From: Oscillospiraceae bacterium
GTDB lineage: Bacteria > Bacillota > Clostridia > Oscillospirales > Oscillospiraceae
Assembly: GCA_017512485.1 (NCBI GenBank)
Contig: JAFWGE010000032.1
Coordinates: 36,721 to 100,720 of the forward strand
Direction of reading: 5' to 3'
DNA: 64,000 nucleotides
In this document: positions 9,780 to 19,983 of the stretch, one piece after another
How positions within the stretch are numbered: the stretch's first letter is position 1
Layout of the letters: every line of letters starts with the position of its first letter
Program-made: the position numbers and the translations under genes
The notes under the pieces: model-generated
Databases searched by the model: none
Told to the model about the DNA's origin: nothing
The model's input: the letters and a program-made list of their open reading frames with translations, nothing else

Positions 9780-10793
9780 TCAATAATACCTGCTACCCAG
9801 TTCCCTGACGGCAGCCCTGAGGACCTTGTTCCTGTGTTTCGTGTTTTCGTCGTCAACGGGGCCTATGAAACCGCCGCAGAAACAGTATCCCCCTCCAGGG
9901 GCCAGCCTGTCAAAGGTCTCCTTGACCGAAAGGTAGATGTCCTCGTCCGTTTTCCCGGGCAGCGCGAGTTCTCCGCTGGCGTCCCAGCCTCCGGATATCA
10001 CGAATGACCTGCCGTATTTTTTCTTTATTGTGTCCAGATCGTTGCTCGTCTGGGCGGGGTCCCAGGCTGTAACGCCGATCTCGCGCCAGTCTTCAATGAA
10101 GTCCTCGCAGCGCCCGCAGTCGTGCATGGTTATGGGAAGACCCCTGTCCCGTCCGAACTTGAGCTGCCTGTCGTGGAACGGCTTGATCAGCTCCCTGTAC
10201 ATCTCCGGCGATATAAACGGGTTCGCCCACGCCGCAGTATCATCCATGATCGTATAGACGTCGGGCTGGATATAGTCTATGCTCTTCTCCGCCACCGTAC
10301 AGTAGAACGTACAAAGATAATCCAGAAGGGCTTTTACCTCTTCCGGCTCCTCTATCATAGCCATAAGGCCTTCTGTAAAGCCCATCAGCGCCATGAGCTG
10401 CTGGAAATATCCGAAATGCAGATTGAAAGCCACCGTTGTCTGTGACCGGTCTACGTTGAGTTCATCCATCTGTTTTTTGATGGCTTTCTCCCAATCCACA
10501 TCGGAAATGTCCGGGGCTTTGACCACGTCCCTCCATTTTGTGATGTCCTCCAGCACAAAATCGTTGGGCTTCGGCAGGGACGCCCCGCCCGTCTCATACG
10601 TTGCCACGTATTCGACGCCCCAGATGTCCTTACGGCCCGTGGCGGTCCTCTCGCCTCTGAGAACGATGGGCTCCACTATCCAGTTCGTGGGCTCTTCCGT
10701 ATCGCCCGGCATTTTACCGAACGTGTATTCCGGGATATACTCCGGGATCTCCCCTCTGAGGACTCTCAGATAGTTTTCTTTCTTTGTAAGCAT
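9780..10793 (-). CDS. Uroporphyrinogen decarboxylase (URO-D) family protein, MtaA/CmuA-like methyltransferase type
   Basis: 337 aa from ATG 10793 (GGGAG upstream; the track ORF starts at 10838). Family-level resemblance only. Paralog of 18789-19886, sharing the segment DD.A/GW....F.SP..Y.E.I.P........G......H.CG. Confidence 0.72.
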   Translation of the reverse strand: MLTKKENYLRVLRGEIPEYIPEYTFGKMPGDTEEPTNWIVEPIVLRGERTATGRKDIWGVEYVATYETGGASLPKPNDFVLEDITKWRDVVKAPDISDVDWEKAIKKQMDELNVDRSQTTVAFNLHFGYFQQLMALMGFTEGLMAMIEEPEEVKALLDYLCTFYCTVAEKSIDYIQPDVYTIMDDTAAWANPFISPEMYRELIKPFHDRQLKFGRDRGLPITMHDCGRCEDFIEDWREIGVTAWDPAQTSNDLDTIKKKYGRSFVISGGWDASGELALPGKTDEDIYLSVKETFDRLAPGGGYCFCGGFIGPVDDENTKHRNKVLRAAVRELGSRYY

Positions 10794-10901
10794 TCTCTTT
10801 CTCCCTTTCTCTGTACAAAAACCGCAGGTCACCAACAACGTTTTCCACTCAAAACAATACTATCACAAATACAAATAAACTCAATCGTTTTGTACCGCAT
10901 A

Positions 10902-11447
10902 TCATATCTTACCGAGGTCAAACTCCTCCCGCTCTCTTCTGTAATCGTATATGGAGGACGACCCCCTTTCCACCGCCACGACGCCCGTGCGGACCAGTTC
11001 GATGATCCCGTGCTCCTTGAGCAGGGAGAGCATCGCCTCGCTTTTCGCGGAGGACGCCGACACTTCGATGGTCATGGAGTTTCTGGCCATATCTATAACG
11101 TTCGCCCTGAACACGTTGACTATACGGATTATGTCGTCCCGCTTCTGGCTGGTCTGGGCTTCCACCTTTACAAGCATGAGTTCCCTGCTCACTGCGTCCT
11201 CCCTGGGCAGCCTTATGACCGAGATAACGGGCTGAAGCTTGCCCAGCTGCTTTGATATCTGCTCCGCCATCCTGTCGGTGCCCTTTACCACTATGGTCAT
11301 GCGCGAGACGTTCACATCGTCCGTAGTGCCCACGGCCAGGCTTTCTATATTGAACCCGCGCCGGGAAAACAGCCGGGACACCTGTGAAAGCACTCCGGCT
11401 TCATTCTCCACCAATACCGACAGAATATGACTTGTTTCCTCTCCCAT
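10902..11447 (-). CDS. ilvN: Acetolactate synthase small (regulatory) subunit
   Basis: 181 aa. ACT domain HILSVLVENEAGVLSQVSRLFSRRGFNIESLAVG. Lies 4 nt downstream of ilvB. Confidence 0.9.
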   Translation of the reverse strand: MGEETSHILSVLVENEAGVLSQVSRLFSRRGFNIESLAVGTTDDVNVSRMTIVVKGTDRMAEQISKQLGKLQPVISVIRLPREDAVSRELMLVKVEAQTSQKRDDIIRIVNVFRANVIDMARNSMTIEVSASSAKSEAMLSLLKEHGIIELVRTGVVAVERGSSSIYDYRREREEFDLGKI

Positions 11448-11451
11448 CCTG

Positions 11452-13101
11452 TTACACCTCCGACGTAATATCAGTGAAATCCGGGCCGAAAAACGAAGGC
11501 GCCACCATGTCGTCTTCGGGGATCCTGCAGTCTATCACCGCCGCCTTCCCACACCCGAGCGCGTCGGAAAAGGCAGTCTTGAATTCCTGAAGGTCCTCCG
11601 CTTTGTACGCCCCGACGCCGTATGCCCGGGCAAGGGCAGAAAAATCCGGCCCCCTGTCAAGGTTTGTCTGTGAATATCTGCCGTTATACAGCAGCGTTTG
11701 CCACTGCCGGACCATCCCCAGGACCCCGTTATTCAGTATAACCGTCACTACCGGCAATCCGTAAGCCGCCGTGGTCGCGAGCTCCCCGCAGTTCATCCTG
11801 AAACTTCCATCCCCGGTTATATGGATCACCCTGCGGTCTTTCGCGGCTATCTGGGCCCCCACCGCGGCGCTCAGCCCGAACCCCATGGCCCCGTAGCCTC
11901 CGCTGGTGACCAGTTGTCCGGGGCGGGAAAACGGATAGTACTGACACGTCCACAGCTGGTGCTGTCCCACGTCTGTCGCTATGATGGCATCCTTATCGGT
12001 CTGACGCGCGATCTCCTCGATTATGGCTCTGGCTGCCGGGCTTTTCCTTTCGGTCCGCGCGCGGAGCCTTCGGGCGTGTTCCATCCATTCCGGGCAGTCC
12101 TTCCGGGGAAGCGCTTCACAGAGCTGGCGGAGCGCAAGGGAAGCGTCCGCCACGATATAGTGGTCCGCCCGTACGTTTTTTTCGATCTCGGCCCTGTCGA
12201 TGTCTATGTGTACTATCCTGGCCGACGGGGCAAACTTTTCCGGATCGGGAGCAAGCCTGTCGCTGAAACGCACACCCACCGCCACCAGCATATCGCACTC
12301 ATTCAGCAGCGTGCGGGCGGCGTACGTCCCGTGCATGCCGGCCATTCCCATATTGATCGGATCGTCGGCCTCTGCGATACCCAGGCCCATCAGGGTAGTG
12401 CACACCGGGGCGGAGAGCTTTCTGGCCAGCCGGACCAGGTCATCCGCGGCTCCGGAACGGATCACTCCCCCTCCGGCCAGTATCAGCGGCTTTGACGCCT
12501 TTGCCGCCATCCCGGCAAAAGTATCCACGTCCGTCTGCGCTGCGGGGGCCGCCGGTATCCTGACGGGCTCCGCGGGTTCATACTCCCCCCTGACCCTTTT
12601 GTTTGTCACACTGCTCAGGATATCGATCAGTACCGGACCGGGCCTTCCTCCGCAGGCCACCGCGAATGCCTGCCTCATCACGTGCGGAAGTTTCTCCGCG
12701 CTCCTTACAAGATATGTGCTCTTTGTGATAGGCATGGCTATACCGGTGATGTCCACCTCCTGGAAGCTGTCTTTGCCTATCCTGTCCTCGGCGACGTTCC
12801 CGGTAATGAACACGACCGGGGATGAGTCCATATACGCGGCCGCTATCCCGGTAACAAGGTTGGTGGCTCCGGGACCGGAGGTAGCTATACACACGCCCGG
12901 TTTGCCTGATATACGGGCATATCCGTCGGCCGCGTGGGCCGCCGCCTGTTCATGTGAAGTGAGGATATGCTTCAGTCTCCTCCCGCACAGGTATATCTCG
13001 TCGTATATGTCCAGGACAGTGCTTCCGGGATAGCCGAACACCGTATCCACTCCCTGCTCCAGAAGACACTGTGTCACTATTTTTGCCGCTCTGATACGCA
13101 T
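11452..13101 (-). CDS. ilvB: Acetolactate synthase large subunit (ThDP-dependent)
   Basis: N-terminal GVDTVFGYPGSTVLDIYDE and ThDP motif ITGDGSFRMN...NNG. The start is either ATG 13101 (MRIRAAK, my choice) or GTG 13113. Confidence 0.92.
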   Translation of the reverse strand: MRIRAAKIVTQCLLEQGVDTVFGYPGSTVLDIYDEIYLCGRRLKHILTSHEQAAAHAADGYARISGKPGVCIATSGPGATNLVTGIAAAYMDSSPVVFITGNVAEDRIGKDSFQEVDITGIAMPITKSTYLVRSAEKLPHVMRQAFAVACGGRPGPVLIDILSSVTNKRVRGEYEPAEPVRIPAAPAAQTDVDTFAGMAAKASKPLILAGGGVIRSGAADDLVRLARKLSAPVCTTLMGLGIAEADDPINMGMAGMHGTYAARTLLNECDMLVAVGVRFSDRLAPDPEKFAPSARIVHIDIDRAEIEKNVRADHYIVADASLALRQLCEALPRKDCPEWMEHARRLRARTERKSPAARAIIEEIARQTDKDAIIATDVGQHQLWTCQYYPFSRPGQLVTSGGYGAMGFGLSAAVGAQIAAKDRRVIHITGDGSFRMNCGELATTAAYGLPVVTVILNNGVLGMVRQWQTLLYNGRYSQTNLDRGPDFSALARAYGVGAYKAEDLQEFKTAFSDALGCGKAAVIDCRIPEDDMVAPSFFGPDFTDITSEV

Positions 13102-13524
13102 CTTTATTACCACACCTGTTTTTATGCAGCGACCCTGCCGCCGCGCCGTACCGTCCGGAGGCGCTTCGGAGCCGCTACGAAGTCTTCACAGGCCAATACC
13201 GAACGATGTACCGCATCGGCCGACTATAAGTATAAAGTATTATACGGTTTTTTTAAAGTATGATGAGGCACTTTCTTTTTTTCAGGCTCCGTCGCTCCCG
13301 CCGTCTTCCCGCTTTGTCCCGGAGGCCGTATGATGATCATTCCAATGATTTCAAATTGCCCAATTACAAGTATTATTTTTATATACAATCTAAAAAAAAG
13401 CCAAAAATGTCTTAAAACGACTATACAAAAGTACCCGCATGTGCTATGTTACTGTTTAGAAAACTGAATTCGTTCACGCAAAAAACGATGCCGCAACCAT
13501 CACTTCAGGAAGGACTTGAAATCA

Positions 13525-14859
13525 ATGGCCGGTAGATTTTTCGGGGGCGTCCATCCGCCCGAGAACAAAGACCATACCCAAAGAAAAGTAATACGCACGA
13601 TACCTCCTCCCAAAACCGTGGTCATTCCCATGTCCATGCACGTCGGCGCTCCGTGCACCCCCCTTGTGGCCAAGGGTGACGAGGTCAAACTGGGACAGCT
13701 TATAGGCGGCAGTGAGGCCCCCATATCTGCTCCGATACATTCCAGTGTGTCCGGTACAGTTTCCGCCGTTGAACCCAGGCCGCATCCCAACGGCTCAAAG
13801 GTCCTGAGCGTCGTTATCGAAAACGACTTCAAGGACACTCCCGGAAGCGACCTTACCCCCCACGACAGTATAGACGCGCTGAGTCCGCAGGAACTGATAG
13901 ACATCGTCCGCTCTGCCGGTATCGTCGGCCTCGGCGGCGCGGGCTTCCCCACTCATGCCAAGCTCTCTTCCGGGCTGGGAAAGGTGGACACCATTATTAT
14001 TAACGGCGCCGAGTGCGAACCGTACATAACTTCCGGATACCGCGGCATGCTGGAAAACGGCGACGAGCTTATCAGCGGCGCCCGCATATTGATGAAAGTG
14101 TTCGGCTTGAAGGAGCTTACCATAGGCATCGAGGACAACAAGCCCGAGGCCATAAAGAATTTGAACCGCATCCTCGGTCCCAACGCGGACGGCATACGTG
14201 TCCTGTCGATGAAGACACGTTACCCCCAGGGGGCGGAAAAGCAGCTCATACAGACGGTCACGGGAAGGCAGGTGCCGCCCGGCGGCCTCCCCGCGTTAGT
14301 GGGCTGTGCGGTGGTCAACGCCGACACCGCCGCGGCGATACACAGGGCCGTATACCTTGGAGAGCCGCTTACCCAAAAAGTAGTGACCGTCGCCGGTTCC
14401 TCCGTGGCCCAGCCGGACAACCTGAGGGTCCGCATCGGTACTCCTTTTTCCGAGCTGTTTTCTGAATGCGGCGGCTTCAAGGATACCCCGGCAAAGGTCA
14501 TAATGGGAGGCCCCATGATGGGTCTGGCCCAGTATGATCTGTCCGCGCCGGTAGTCAAGGGCACAAACGCCGTCCTTGCTCTGTCCGCCGGCGAGTGCGG
14601 GCAGGACTCTGCCGAGCGCTCGTGCATACGGTGCGGGCGCTGTGTGGAAGCATGTCCCATGCACCTTGTTCCGATGCTCATGTACGCTTACGAACGCAAA
14701 GGCATGCTGGACGAGCTGAATAAAATGCATGTCACCGATTGTATGGAGTGCGGCAGCTGCGCGTTTGCCTGTCCCGGCCGGCTCCATCTTGTGCAGTCCT
14801 TCAAATCCGGCAAGCAGAGGCTTCGCAACCGTCAGATAAAGGAGGCGGCCGCCAAATGA
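13525..14859 (+). CDS. rnfC: Rnf complex subunit C
   Basis: FFGGVHPPENK, GLGGAGFPTHAKL, and two 4Fe-4S motifs (CIRCGRCVEACP, CMECGSCAFACP). ATG 13525 preferred over TTG 13516 because of SD spacing. Confidence 0.92.
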   Translation: MAGRFFGGVHPPENKDHTQRKVIRTIPPPKTVVIPMSMHVGAPCTPLVAKGDEVKLGQLIGGSEAPISAPIHSSVSGTVSAVEPRPHPNGSKVLSVVIENDFKDTPGSDLTPHDSIDALSPQELIDIVRSAGIVGLGGAGFPTHAKLSSGLGKVDTIIINGAECEPYITSGYRGMLENGDELISGARILMKVFGLKELTIGIEDNKPEAIKNLNRILGPNADGIRVLSMKTRYPQGAEKQLIQTVTGRQVPPGGLPALVGCAVVNADTAAAIHRAVYLGEPLTQKVVTVAGSSVAQPDNLRVRIGTPFSELFSECGGFKDTPAKVIMGGPMMGLAQYDLSAPVVKGTNAVLALSAGECGQDSAERSCIRCGRCVEACPMHLVPMLMYAYERKGMLDELNKMHVTDCMECGSCAFACPGRLHLVQSFKSGKQRLRNRQIKEAAAK

Positions 14860-15851
14860 ATGAAGAAAAATATGTGGTATCGGTTAACCCCCATTTAAGG
14901 TCACAGGAGAACACCAGGAGCATAATGCTCGATGTGATCATCGCGCTGCTCCCCCCCCTGGTCGGCGCGGTATACTTTTTCGGCTGGAGAGCCCTGACCC
15001 TTACCGCCGTGTCTGCGGGTTCCGCGGTCTTCTTTGAATGGCTGTACCGAAAGCTGATGAAAAAGCCTTCCTCCATAGGAGACCTTTCCGCGGTGATAAC
15101 CGGTATGCTTCTGGCTTTCTGCTGCCCCGTTACAATGCCGTACTGGATGGTGATCGTCGGCAACGCCGTCGCGATCATCGTGGTCAAACAGCTGTATGGC
15201 GGGATCGGCAAAAACTTCATGAATCCCGCCCTGGTGGGCAGGGTATTCATGCTCTCCTGGCCGGTTTCCATCACCCGTTTTACAAACGTGTTCGAAAAAG
15301 TCGGGATCTTCGGGAAAAGCGTCGACGCTGTCTCCACAGCGACCCCGCTGTCCGCGATGTCCACCGGCAGCCTCCCGGAGTCTTGTGATATCGTGGGGAT
15401 GTTCTTCGGCCGCATGCCCGGATGCATAGGCGAGGTATCGGCGGCACTGATCCTTCTGGGCGGGATCTACCTGCTTATCCGGAAGGTCATTTCGATCCGT
15501 ATCCCGGCAGCGTACATCTTAACGGTCGCTGTGCTGACGTTCATCTTTCCCCGGGGCAACGGCCACCTTGACTGGATGCTGTGCAACCTGTTCTCCGGCG
15601 GTCTTTTCCTCGGAGCGATATTTATGGCTACGGACTACGTCACGAGCCCGGTCACAAAAAGAGGACAGCTGATATACGGCGTAGGCTGCGGCCTGCTCAC
15701 GGTTTTCATCAGGTATTTCGGCTCTTATCCCGAAGGCGTCAGCTTCTCTATCCTTATAATGAACGCATGCACCTGGCTCATCGACAAAGCGGGCATGCCG
15801 AAACGCTTTGGCGTTATAAAAACCGAATCGAAGGAGGGCTCGTCAAGATGA
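14856..15851 (+). CDS. rnfD: Rnf complex subunit D
   Basis: Polytopic membrane protein with an FMN-attachment-type motif (AVSTATPLS). ATG overlaps the rnfC TGA (ATGA). AAGGAGG upstream. Confidence 0.92.
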   Translation: MNEEKYVVSVNPHLRSQENTRSIMLDVIIALLPPLVGAVYFFGWRALTLTAVSAGSAVFFEWLYRKLMKKPSSIGDLSAVITGMLLAFCCPVTMPYWMVIVGNAVAIIVVKQLYGGIGKNFMNPALVGRVFMLSWPVSITRFTNVFEKVGIFGKSVDAVSTATPLSAMSTGSLPESCDIVGMFFGRMPGCIGEVSAALILLGGIYLLIRKVISIRIPAAYILTVAVLTFIFPRGNGHLDWMLCNLFSGGLFLGAIFMATDYVTSPVTKRGQLIYGVGCGLLTVFIRYFGSYPEGVSFSILIMNACTWLIDKAGMPKRFGVIKTESKEGSSR

Positions 15852-16408
15852 ATGACGTCACGTCAAAAACGTATATTCTTAGACTGACTGTCACACTGTT
15901 CCTGGTCACGGCCGTTGTTGCCCTTCTGCTGAGCTTCGTCAACGCCGTTACAAAGGACACCATCGCCGAAAAAGCCCGTCAGAAGCTCAGCGCCGCGCTC
16001 TGCGAGGTCATGCCGGAAGCGGACGACGAGTTCTCGGATCCCATATATGACGACGGGAGCTGCCAGGTATACAAAGCCACGTCCGGCGGCAGGGATCTCG
16101 GCTGGTGCATCAAATATCCCGCATTCGGCTACGGCGGCGAACTTACTCTGGCTGTGGGCGTGTCTGAATCCCTGGAAGTCACGGGGGTCGCCATCGTGGA
16201 ACACTCGGAAACGGCGGGCATGGGATCCAAGGCCGACAATCCGGACTGGCTCTCACAGTTCGTCGGCAGGAGCGGAGCCTTTACCCTGAAAGGCGATGGG
16301 GATCACATTGACGCAGTCACGGGAGCCACCGTCACTTCCCGCGCGGTCACCGCCGGGGTGAACGGCGCCCTTGAACTGGCCGCCCAGATAAAAGGAGGAG
16401 AAAAATGA
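15848..16408 (+). CDS. rnfG: Rnf complex subunit G (FMN-binding)
   Basis: 186 aa. Single N-terminal TM helix and DAVTGATVTSRAV FMN-binding motif. ATGA overlap with rnfD. Confidence 0.9.
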   Translation: MNDVTSKTYILRLTVTLFLVTAVVALLLSFVNAVTKDTIAEKARQKLSAALCEVMPEADDEFSDPIYDDGSCQVYKATSGGRDLGWCIKYPAFGYGGELTLAVGVSESLEVTGVAIVEHSETAGMGSKADNPDWLSQFVGRSGAFTLKGDGDHIDAVTGATVTSRAVTAGVNGALELAAQIKGGEK

Positions 16409-17031
16409 CCTTCAAAAAATTCCTGGGGCAGATGAAAAACGGTATTATCACAGAAAACCCCAGCCTGGTCCTTCTTCTCGGCATGTGCGCCACCATGGCT
16501 GTTTCCACCTCACTGAAAAACGGTCTGGGAATGGGGCTCGCGACCACTGCGGTGCTCATCTGTTCAAATACTGTGGTCTCCCTCATCAGAAAGCTGATCC
16601 CTTCCAAGATCCGTATCGCGTCTTTCGTGGTGGTAATAGCGGGTTTTGTAACCATTGTCGAGATGCTTCTGGACGCTTTCATTCCCACTTTATCCAATGC
16701 TCTCGGTGTGTTTCTGCCTCTGATAGTCGTTAACTGCATAATCCTTGCCAGGGCGGAATCGTTTGCTTCAAAGAATCCTCCCCTCAGTTCCGCGGTGGAC
16801 GGCCTGTCAATGGGGCTGGGCTTCACATGTTCCCTGTGCGCCATGTCCATAATTCGCGAGATCCTGGGCAACGGTACGCTGTGGGGTGTGAGGGTCGTCC
16901 CCTCGGTCTACGAACCCGCGCTGCTGGTGATCATGCCTGTGGGAGGTTTCCTCACCCTGGGCTTCCTGATTGCTCTGGTACAGCATATAAAGAGCAAACA
17001 CTCCGGCGGGAAGGAGGAGGACGAACAATGA
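16405..17031 (+). CDS. rnfE: Rnf complex subunit E
   Basis: 208-aa six-TM protein homologous to the next gene. ATGA overlap with rnfG. GGAGGAG upstream. Confidence 0.92.
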   Translation: MTFKKFLGQMKNGIITENPSLVLLLGMCATMAVSTSLKNGLGMGLATTAVLICSNTVVSLIRKLIPSKIRIASFVVVIAGFVTIVEMLLDAFIPTLSNALGVFLPLIVVNCIILARAESFASKNPPLSSAVDGLSMGLGFTCSLCAMSIIREILGNGTLWGVRVVPSVYEPALLVIMPVGGFLTLGFLIALVQHIKSKHSGGKEEDEQ

Positions 17032-17615
17032 GTATCACCGGCCTTATCTCCATCGCGTTGAGCGCGATCCTTATCGAGAACTTCATCCTTGTCAAATTCC
17101 TCGGCATTTGCCCCTTCCTGGGTGTTTCGAAGAAAATGGATACCGCCGTGGGAATGGGGCTGGCCGTCATCTTCGTAATGGGGCTGGCATCCCTCTTCAC
17201 GTGGCTCGTGAACCATTTCCTCCTGGTCCCGCTCCATCTGGAGTACATGCAGACGCTGGCGTATATACTCGTTATAGCGTCCCTCGTCCAGTTCGTCGAG
17301 ATGTTCCTTCAGAAATCCATCCCCACCCTCTACAGGGCCTTGGGTATTTACCTTCCCCTCATAACGACCAACTGCGCCGTCCTGGGAGTCGCCGTCCTCA
17401 ACACTACAAAAGGATACAATCTGCTGGAATCGGTGGTTTACGGCGTCTCCGGCGGGATAGGTTTTCTCGTCGCGATAGTCCTGTTTGCAAGCATACGTGA
17501 AAGGATACAGTTTTCCGAACATCCCAAAGCCTTTGAAGGCTTTCCGATAGCCCTTGTGAGCTCCGCTCTGCTGGCCATGGCTTTCATGGGCTTTTCCGGA
17601 TTGAAGATCTGGTAG
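17028..17615 (+). CDS. rnfA: Rnf complex subunit A
   Basis: 195-aa six-TM protein (ENFILVKFLGICPFLGVSKK). ATGA overlap with rnfE. Confidence 0.92.
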   Translation: MSITGLISIALSAILIENFILVKFLGICPFLGVSKKMDTAVGMGLAVIFVMGLASLFTWLVNHFLLVPLHLEYMQTLAYILVIASLVQFVEMFLQKSIPTLYRALGIYLPLITTNCAVLGVAVLNTTKGYNLLESVVYGVSGGIGFLVAIVLFASIRERIQFSEHPKAFEGFPIALVSSALLAMAFMGFSGLKIW

Positions 17616-17717
17616 CACCCCGCCGTACGGACGGCAGCACCGTGCCGTCCCGGTCGGAGGTATATCGGACCGCATCTTTGGAGATCACAATCAGACTGTA
17701 TCGGGAGGTCTGTAAAA

Positions 17718-18614
17718 ATGTTTAATCTGGAAATAATGGATATCGTATGGGCCATCGTTGTCCTTGGGGCAACGGGAGCCGTTTTCGGACTGGTGCTGGC
17801 CCTCTCATCCAGGGCGTTCGCTGTTGAAACGGATGAGCGGAGCGAGAAGCTTCTCTCCATCCTCCCCGGAGCAAACTGCGGGGGCTGCGGCTTTACCGGG
17901 TGCGCCCTCTATGCCGAAGCCATTTCAAAAAACGGCGCCCCCATCAACAAGTGTGCCGCCGGCGGGCAAAAGACCGTAAACGAGATAGCGTCCTGCATGG
18001 GAATAGAGCCGGTAAAAAGCGACCGTGTGGTGGCCGTGGTCAAATGCAGCGGCGGCAACAACGCCATCAAAAAATATGAGTACCTGGGGCTTCACGATTG
18101 CCTGTCCGCTTCGCTTCTCGGAGGCAGCGGCCCGAATGAGTGCTCCTACGGCTGTCTCGGCCTGGGAACGTGTCTGACAGCCTGTGCCTTCGGTGCCATA
18201 AGCATAGTGGACGGGAAAGCTAAAGTGGACAGTGAAAAGTGCACCGGCTGTATGCAGTGCGCGGAGGTCTGCCCCAAGAAGATAATCGTCCCCGTGTCGT
18301 ATGATCAGGACGTCATTATAGCCTGTTCTTCCCATGACAGGGGCGCCGTGCTCCGCAAGATATGCAGTATCGGCTGCCTTGGCTGCGGGATATGCCAGAA
18401 GGTCTGCCCCAGTGGCGCCATCACTCTCATCGACAACCTGGCAACCATAGATGAAAGCAAGTGTGTGGACTGCGGCAAATGCGCCTCCAAGTGCCCACGC
18501 GGCCTCATATCTGACGCCGGCCTCCCTTCAAGGCAGGAGATCGAAGCCATGGAAGCCGCCCAGGCGGCTGCCGCTGCAAATACCGCTGCGCCGCCGTCCG
18601 CCCCCCAGGCTTGA
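17718..18614 (+). CDS. rnfB: Rnf complex subunit B (polyferredoxin type)
   Basis: N-terminal TM helix, a CGGCGFTGC cluster and several CxxCxxCxxxCP motifs (CTGCMQCAEVCP, CLGCGICQKVCP, CVDCGKCASKCP). Ala/Pro-rich C-terminal tail. Confidence 0.9.
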   Translation: MFNLEIMDIVWAIVVLGATGAVFGLVLALSSRAFAVETDERSEKLLSILPGANCGGCGFTGCALYAEAISKNGAPINKCAAGGQKTVNEIASCMGIEPVKSDRVVAVVKCSGGNNAIKKYEYLGLHDCLSASLLGGSGPNECSYGCLGLGTCLTACAFGAISIVDGKAKVDSEKCTGCMQCAEVCPKKIIVPVSYDQDVIIACSSHDRGAVLRKICSIGCLGCGICQKVCPSGAITLIDNLATIDESKCVDCGKCASKCPRGLISDAGLPSRQEIEAMEAAQAAAAANTAAPPSAPQA

Positions 18615-18694
18615 ACCTGTTTAAACATTTCCCAAACACATGTGAACGGCGCGTATTGAGCCGGGCGACTCCAAAAGCCATAAAAGTATAAAAA

Positions 18695-18738
18695 GACCGC
18701 ATCCGGGGATGATCCCCCCGGGATGCGGTCTTCTTTTC
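18695..18738. terminator. Bidirectional rho-independent terminator between convergent rnfB and the URO-D paralog
   Basis: GACCGCATCC(C)GGGG...CCCC(C)GGGATGCGGTC stem flanked by an A-run upstream and TTCTTTT downstream. Confidence 0.6.
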
Positions 18739-18788
18739 GATGAGTTCAGATCAATACTATTCAGGAACCCCCCGACGCCCCGCCGCGG

Positions 18789-19886
18789 CTACTGTTTCCC
18801 GCCTGCGTAACGGATCCTGGACTGCTTGTAAAGCTCCTCGTAGAACGCGTCCTTATATACCTGGCCGCCGCCGGCGCTGAGAAGTGTGGGCTTCTCGGGG
18901 TCGCAGAACCTCTCTGCGAAATTGCGGGCCGCTTCGCGCTGCTGCTCGTCGGTGGAATCGGCCGTGAGCTCTCCCTCCGGTGCGAAGCCCAGAATTATTT
19001 TGTCGCCGTATTTTGCGTACATGTCGTCCGCGTCCAGTACCACCTGCGGGCACCAGGAGTCCCACCCGGCTTTGATGATATTGGGGACCTGCTTCGCGAG
19101 CTGTCCGCAGCTGTGAAGCTGGGCGAATTTGCCTTTTTCGTGCAGGAAATCGGTGACTGTCTTCATATACGGCACGATCATCTCCTCCGCGATATCCGGG
19201 GAGAAGAACGTGTCCCTCTGAGAGCCCCAGTCATCGTGTATGTAAAACCCGTCGATCTGGGGATAATACGTAAGATATCTGTCCAGAAGGCGCACATAGA
19301 ATTCCGAAAGCTGTTCAAAGAACTCTTTTACGTAGTCCTTCTGGTCTTCATCGAACAGCGCGATGGCCGCCCCCTCAAAATCCATGAAGGAGATGAGCCT
19401 CTCATACCATCCGTTGAGCAGCCAGCACATGTTGTACCTGCCGCTGTTCAGATAGGTCTCGTTGGCTTTGGCTGAAGTCTCCCAATCCCATGAATCGAGA
19501 TCCGGCCATACCACTTTTTCCTGGATCTCGCAGGCGTCCTCAATAAAGGGATCCCCGGGCTTCACCATGGAGCCGCCAGCGGTGGGGACATACTCCCACT
19601 CTATTCCGAACATATCCAACCCGCCGGTCTTGTTTGTCACGCCGGGAACGAAAGTCCCGTCATAGATAAACGCGCGGGCCACGTTGTCGGGGTTTACCCT
19701 CGGTGCAAACAGTATATAGTCATACGAGAAGCCCAACGATTCCCACATGGGGCGCTTCTTTGCCAGAAGATCGCAGTTTTCGCGTATGGAAACAGGGTAG
19801 CTGAACAGAGGAACGTTCCCTCCGAACGCGCTCCTGTACCTGTCCGCGATCTTGAGTTCAGCGGGGTCAAATGCAGGTCTGTCCAC
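18789..19886 (-). CDS. URO-D family protein (second paralog)
   Basis: 365 aa. IHDDWGSQRDTFFSPDIAEEMIVPYMKTVTDFLHEKGKFAQLHSCG aligns with the corresponding block of 9780-10793. Confidence 0.7.
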   Translation of the reverse strand: MDRPAFDPAELKIADRYRSAFGGNVPLFSYPVSIRENCDLLAKKRPMWESLGFSYDYILFAPRVNPDNVARAFIYDGTFVPGVTNKTGGLDMFGIEWEYVPTAGGSMVKPGDPFIEDACEIQEKVVWPDLDSWDWETSAKANETYLNSGRYNMCWLLNGWYERLISFMDFEGAAIALFDEDQKDYVKEFFEQLSEFYVRLLDRYLTYYPQIDGFYIHDDWGSQRDTFFSPDIAEEMIVPYMKTVTDFLHEKGKFAQLHSCGQLAKQVPNIIKAGWDSWCPQVVLDADDMYAKYGDKIILGFAPEGELTADSTDEQQREAARNFAERFCDPEKPTLLSAGGGQVYKDAFYEELYKQSRIRYAGGKQ

Positions 19887-19983
19887 TGTAATGTCCTCCT
19901 TGTTGCTTCCTTATATGTCCGCAGGCTCCGTTGCTTATTGCGACCCGGCCGTTTTCACGGCCCTTGAAAATGCGAAGTTGTTT

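Noticed and set aside
13102-13340. T-box riboswitch or Ile-rich leader peptide (minus-strand ATG ATC ATC ATA..., MIII...) upstream of ilvBN
   Set aside because: The leader downstream of the best -10 (TATAAT near 13235-13240) is only about 135 nt. It lacks a recognisable specifier loop/Stem I and a terminator U-tract. GGACGGTACGGCGCGG only loosely resembles the T-box core. The MIII ORF has no SD and would start upstream of the likely promoter.
13500-13952. 150-aa minus-strand ORF overlapping the rnfC start
   Set aside because: It is antisense to a well-supported gene, has low-complexity composition, no SD, and starts inside rnfC.
13516-18614. The rnf cluster as something unusual
   Set aside because: It has the canonical clostridial order rnfCDGEAB, with overlapping stops and starts and all expected cofactor motifs. 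It is ordinary energy-conservation machinery.
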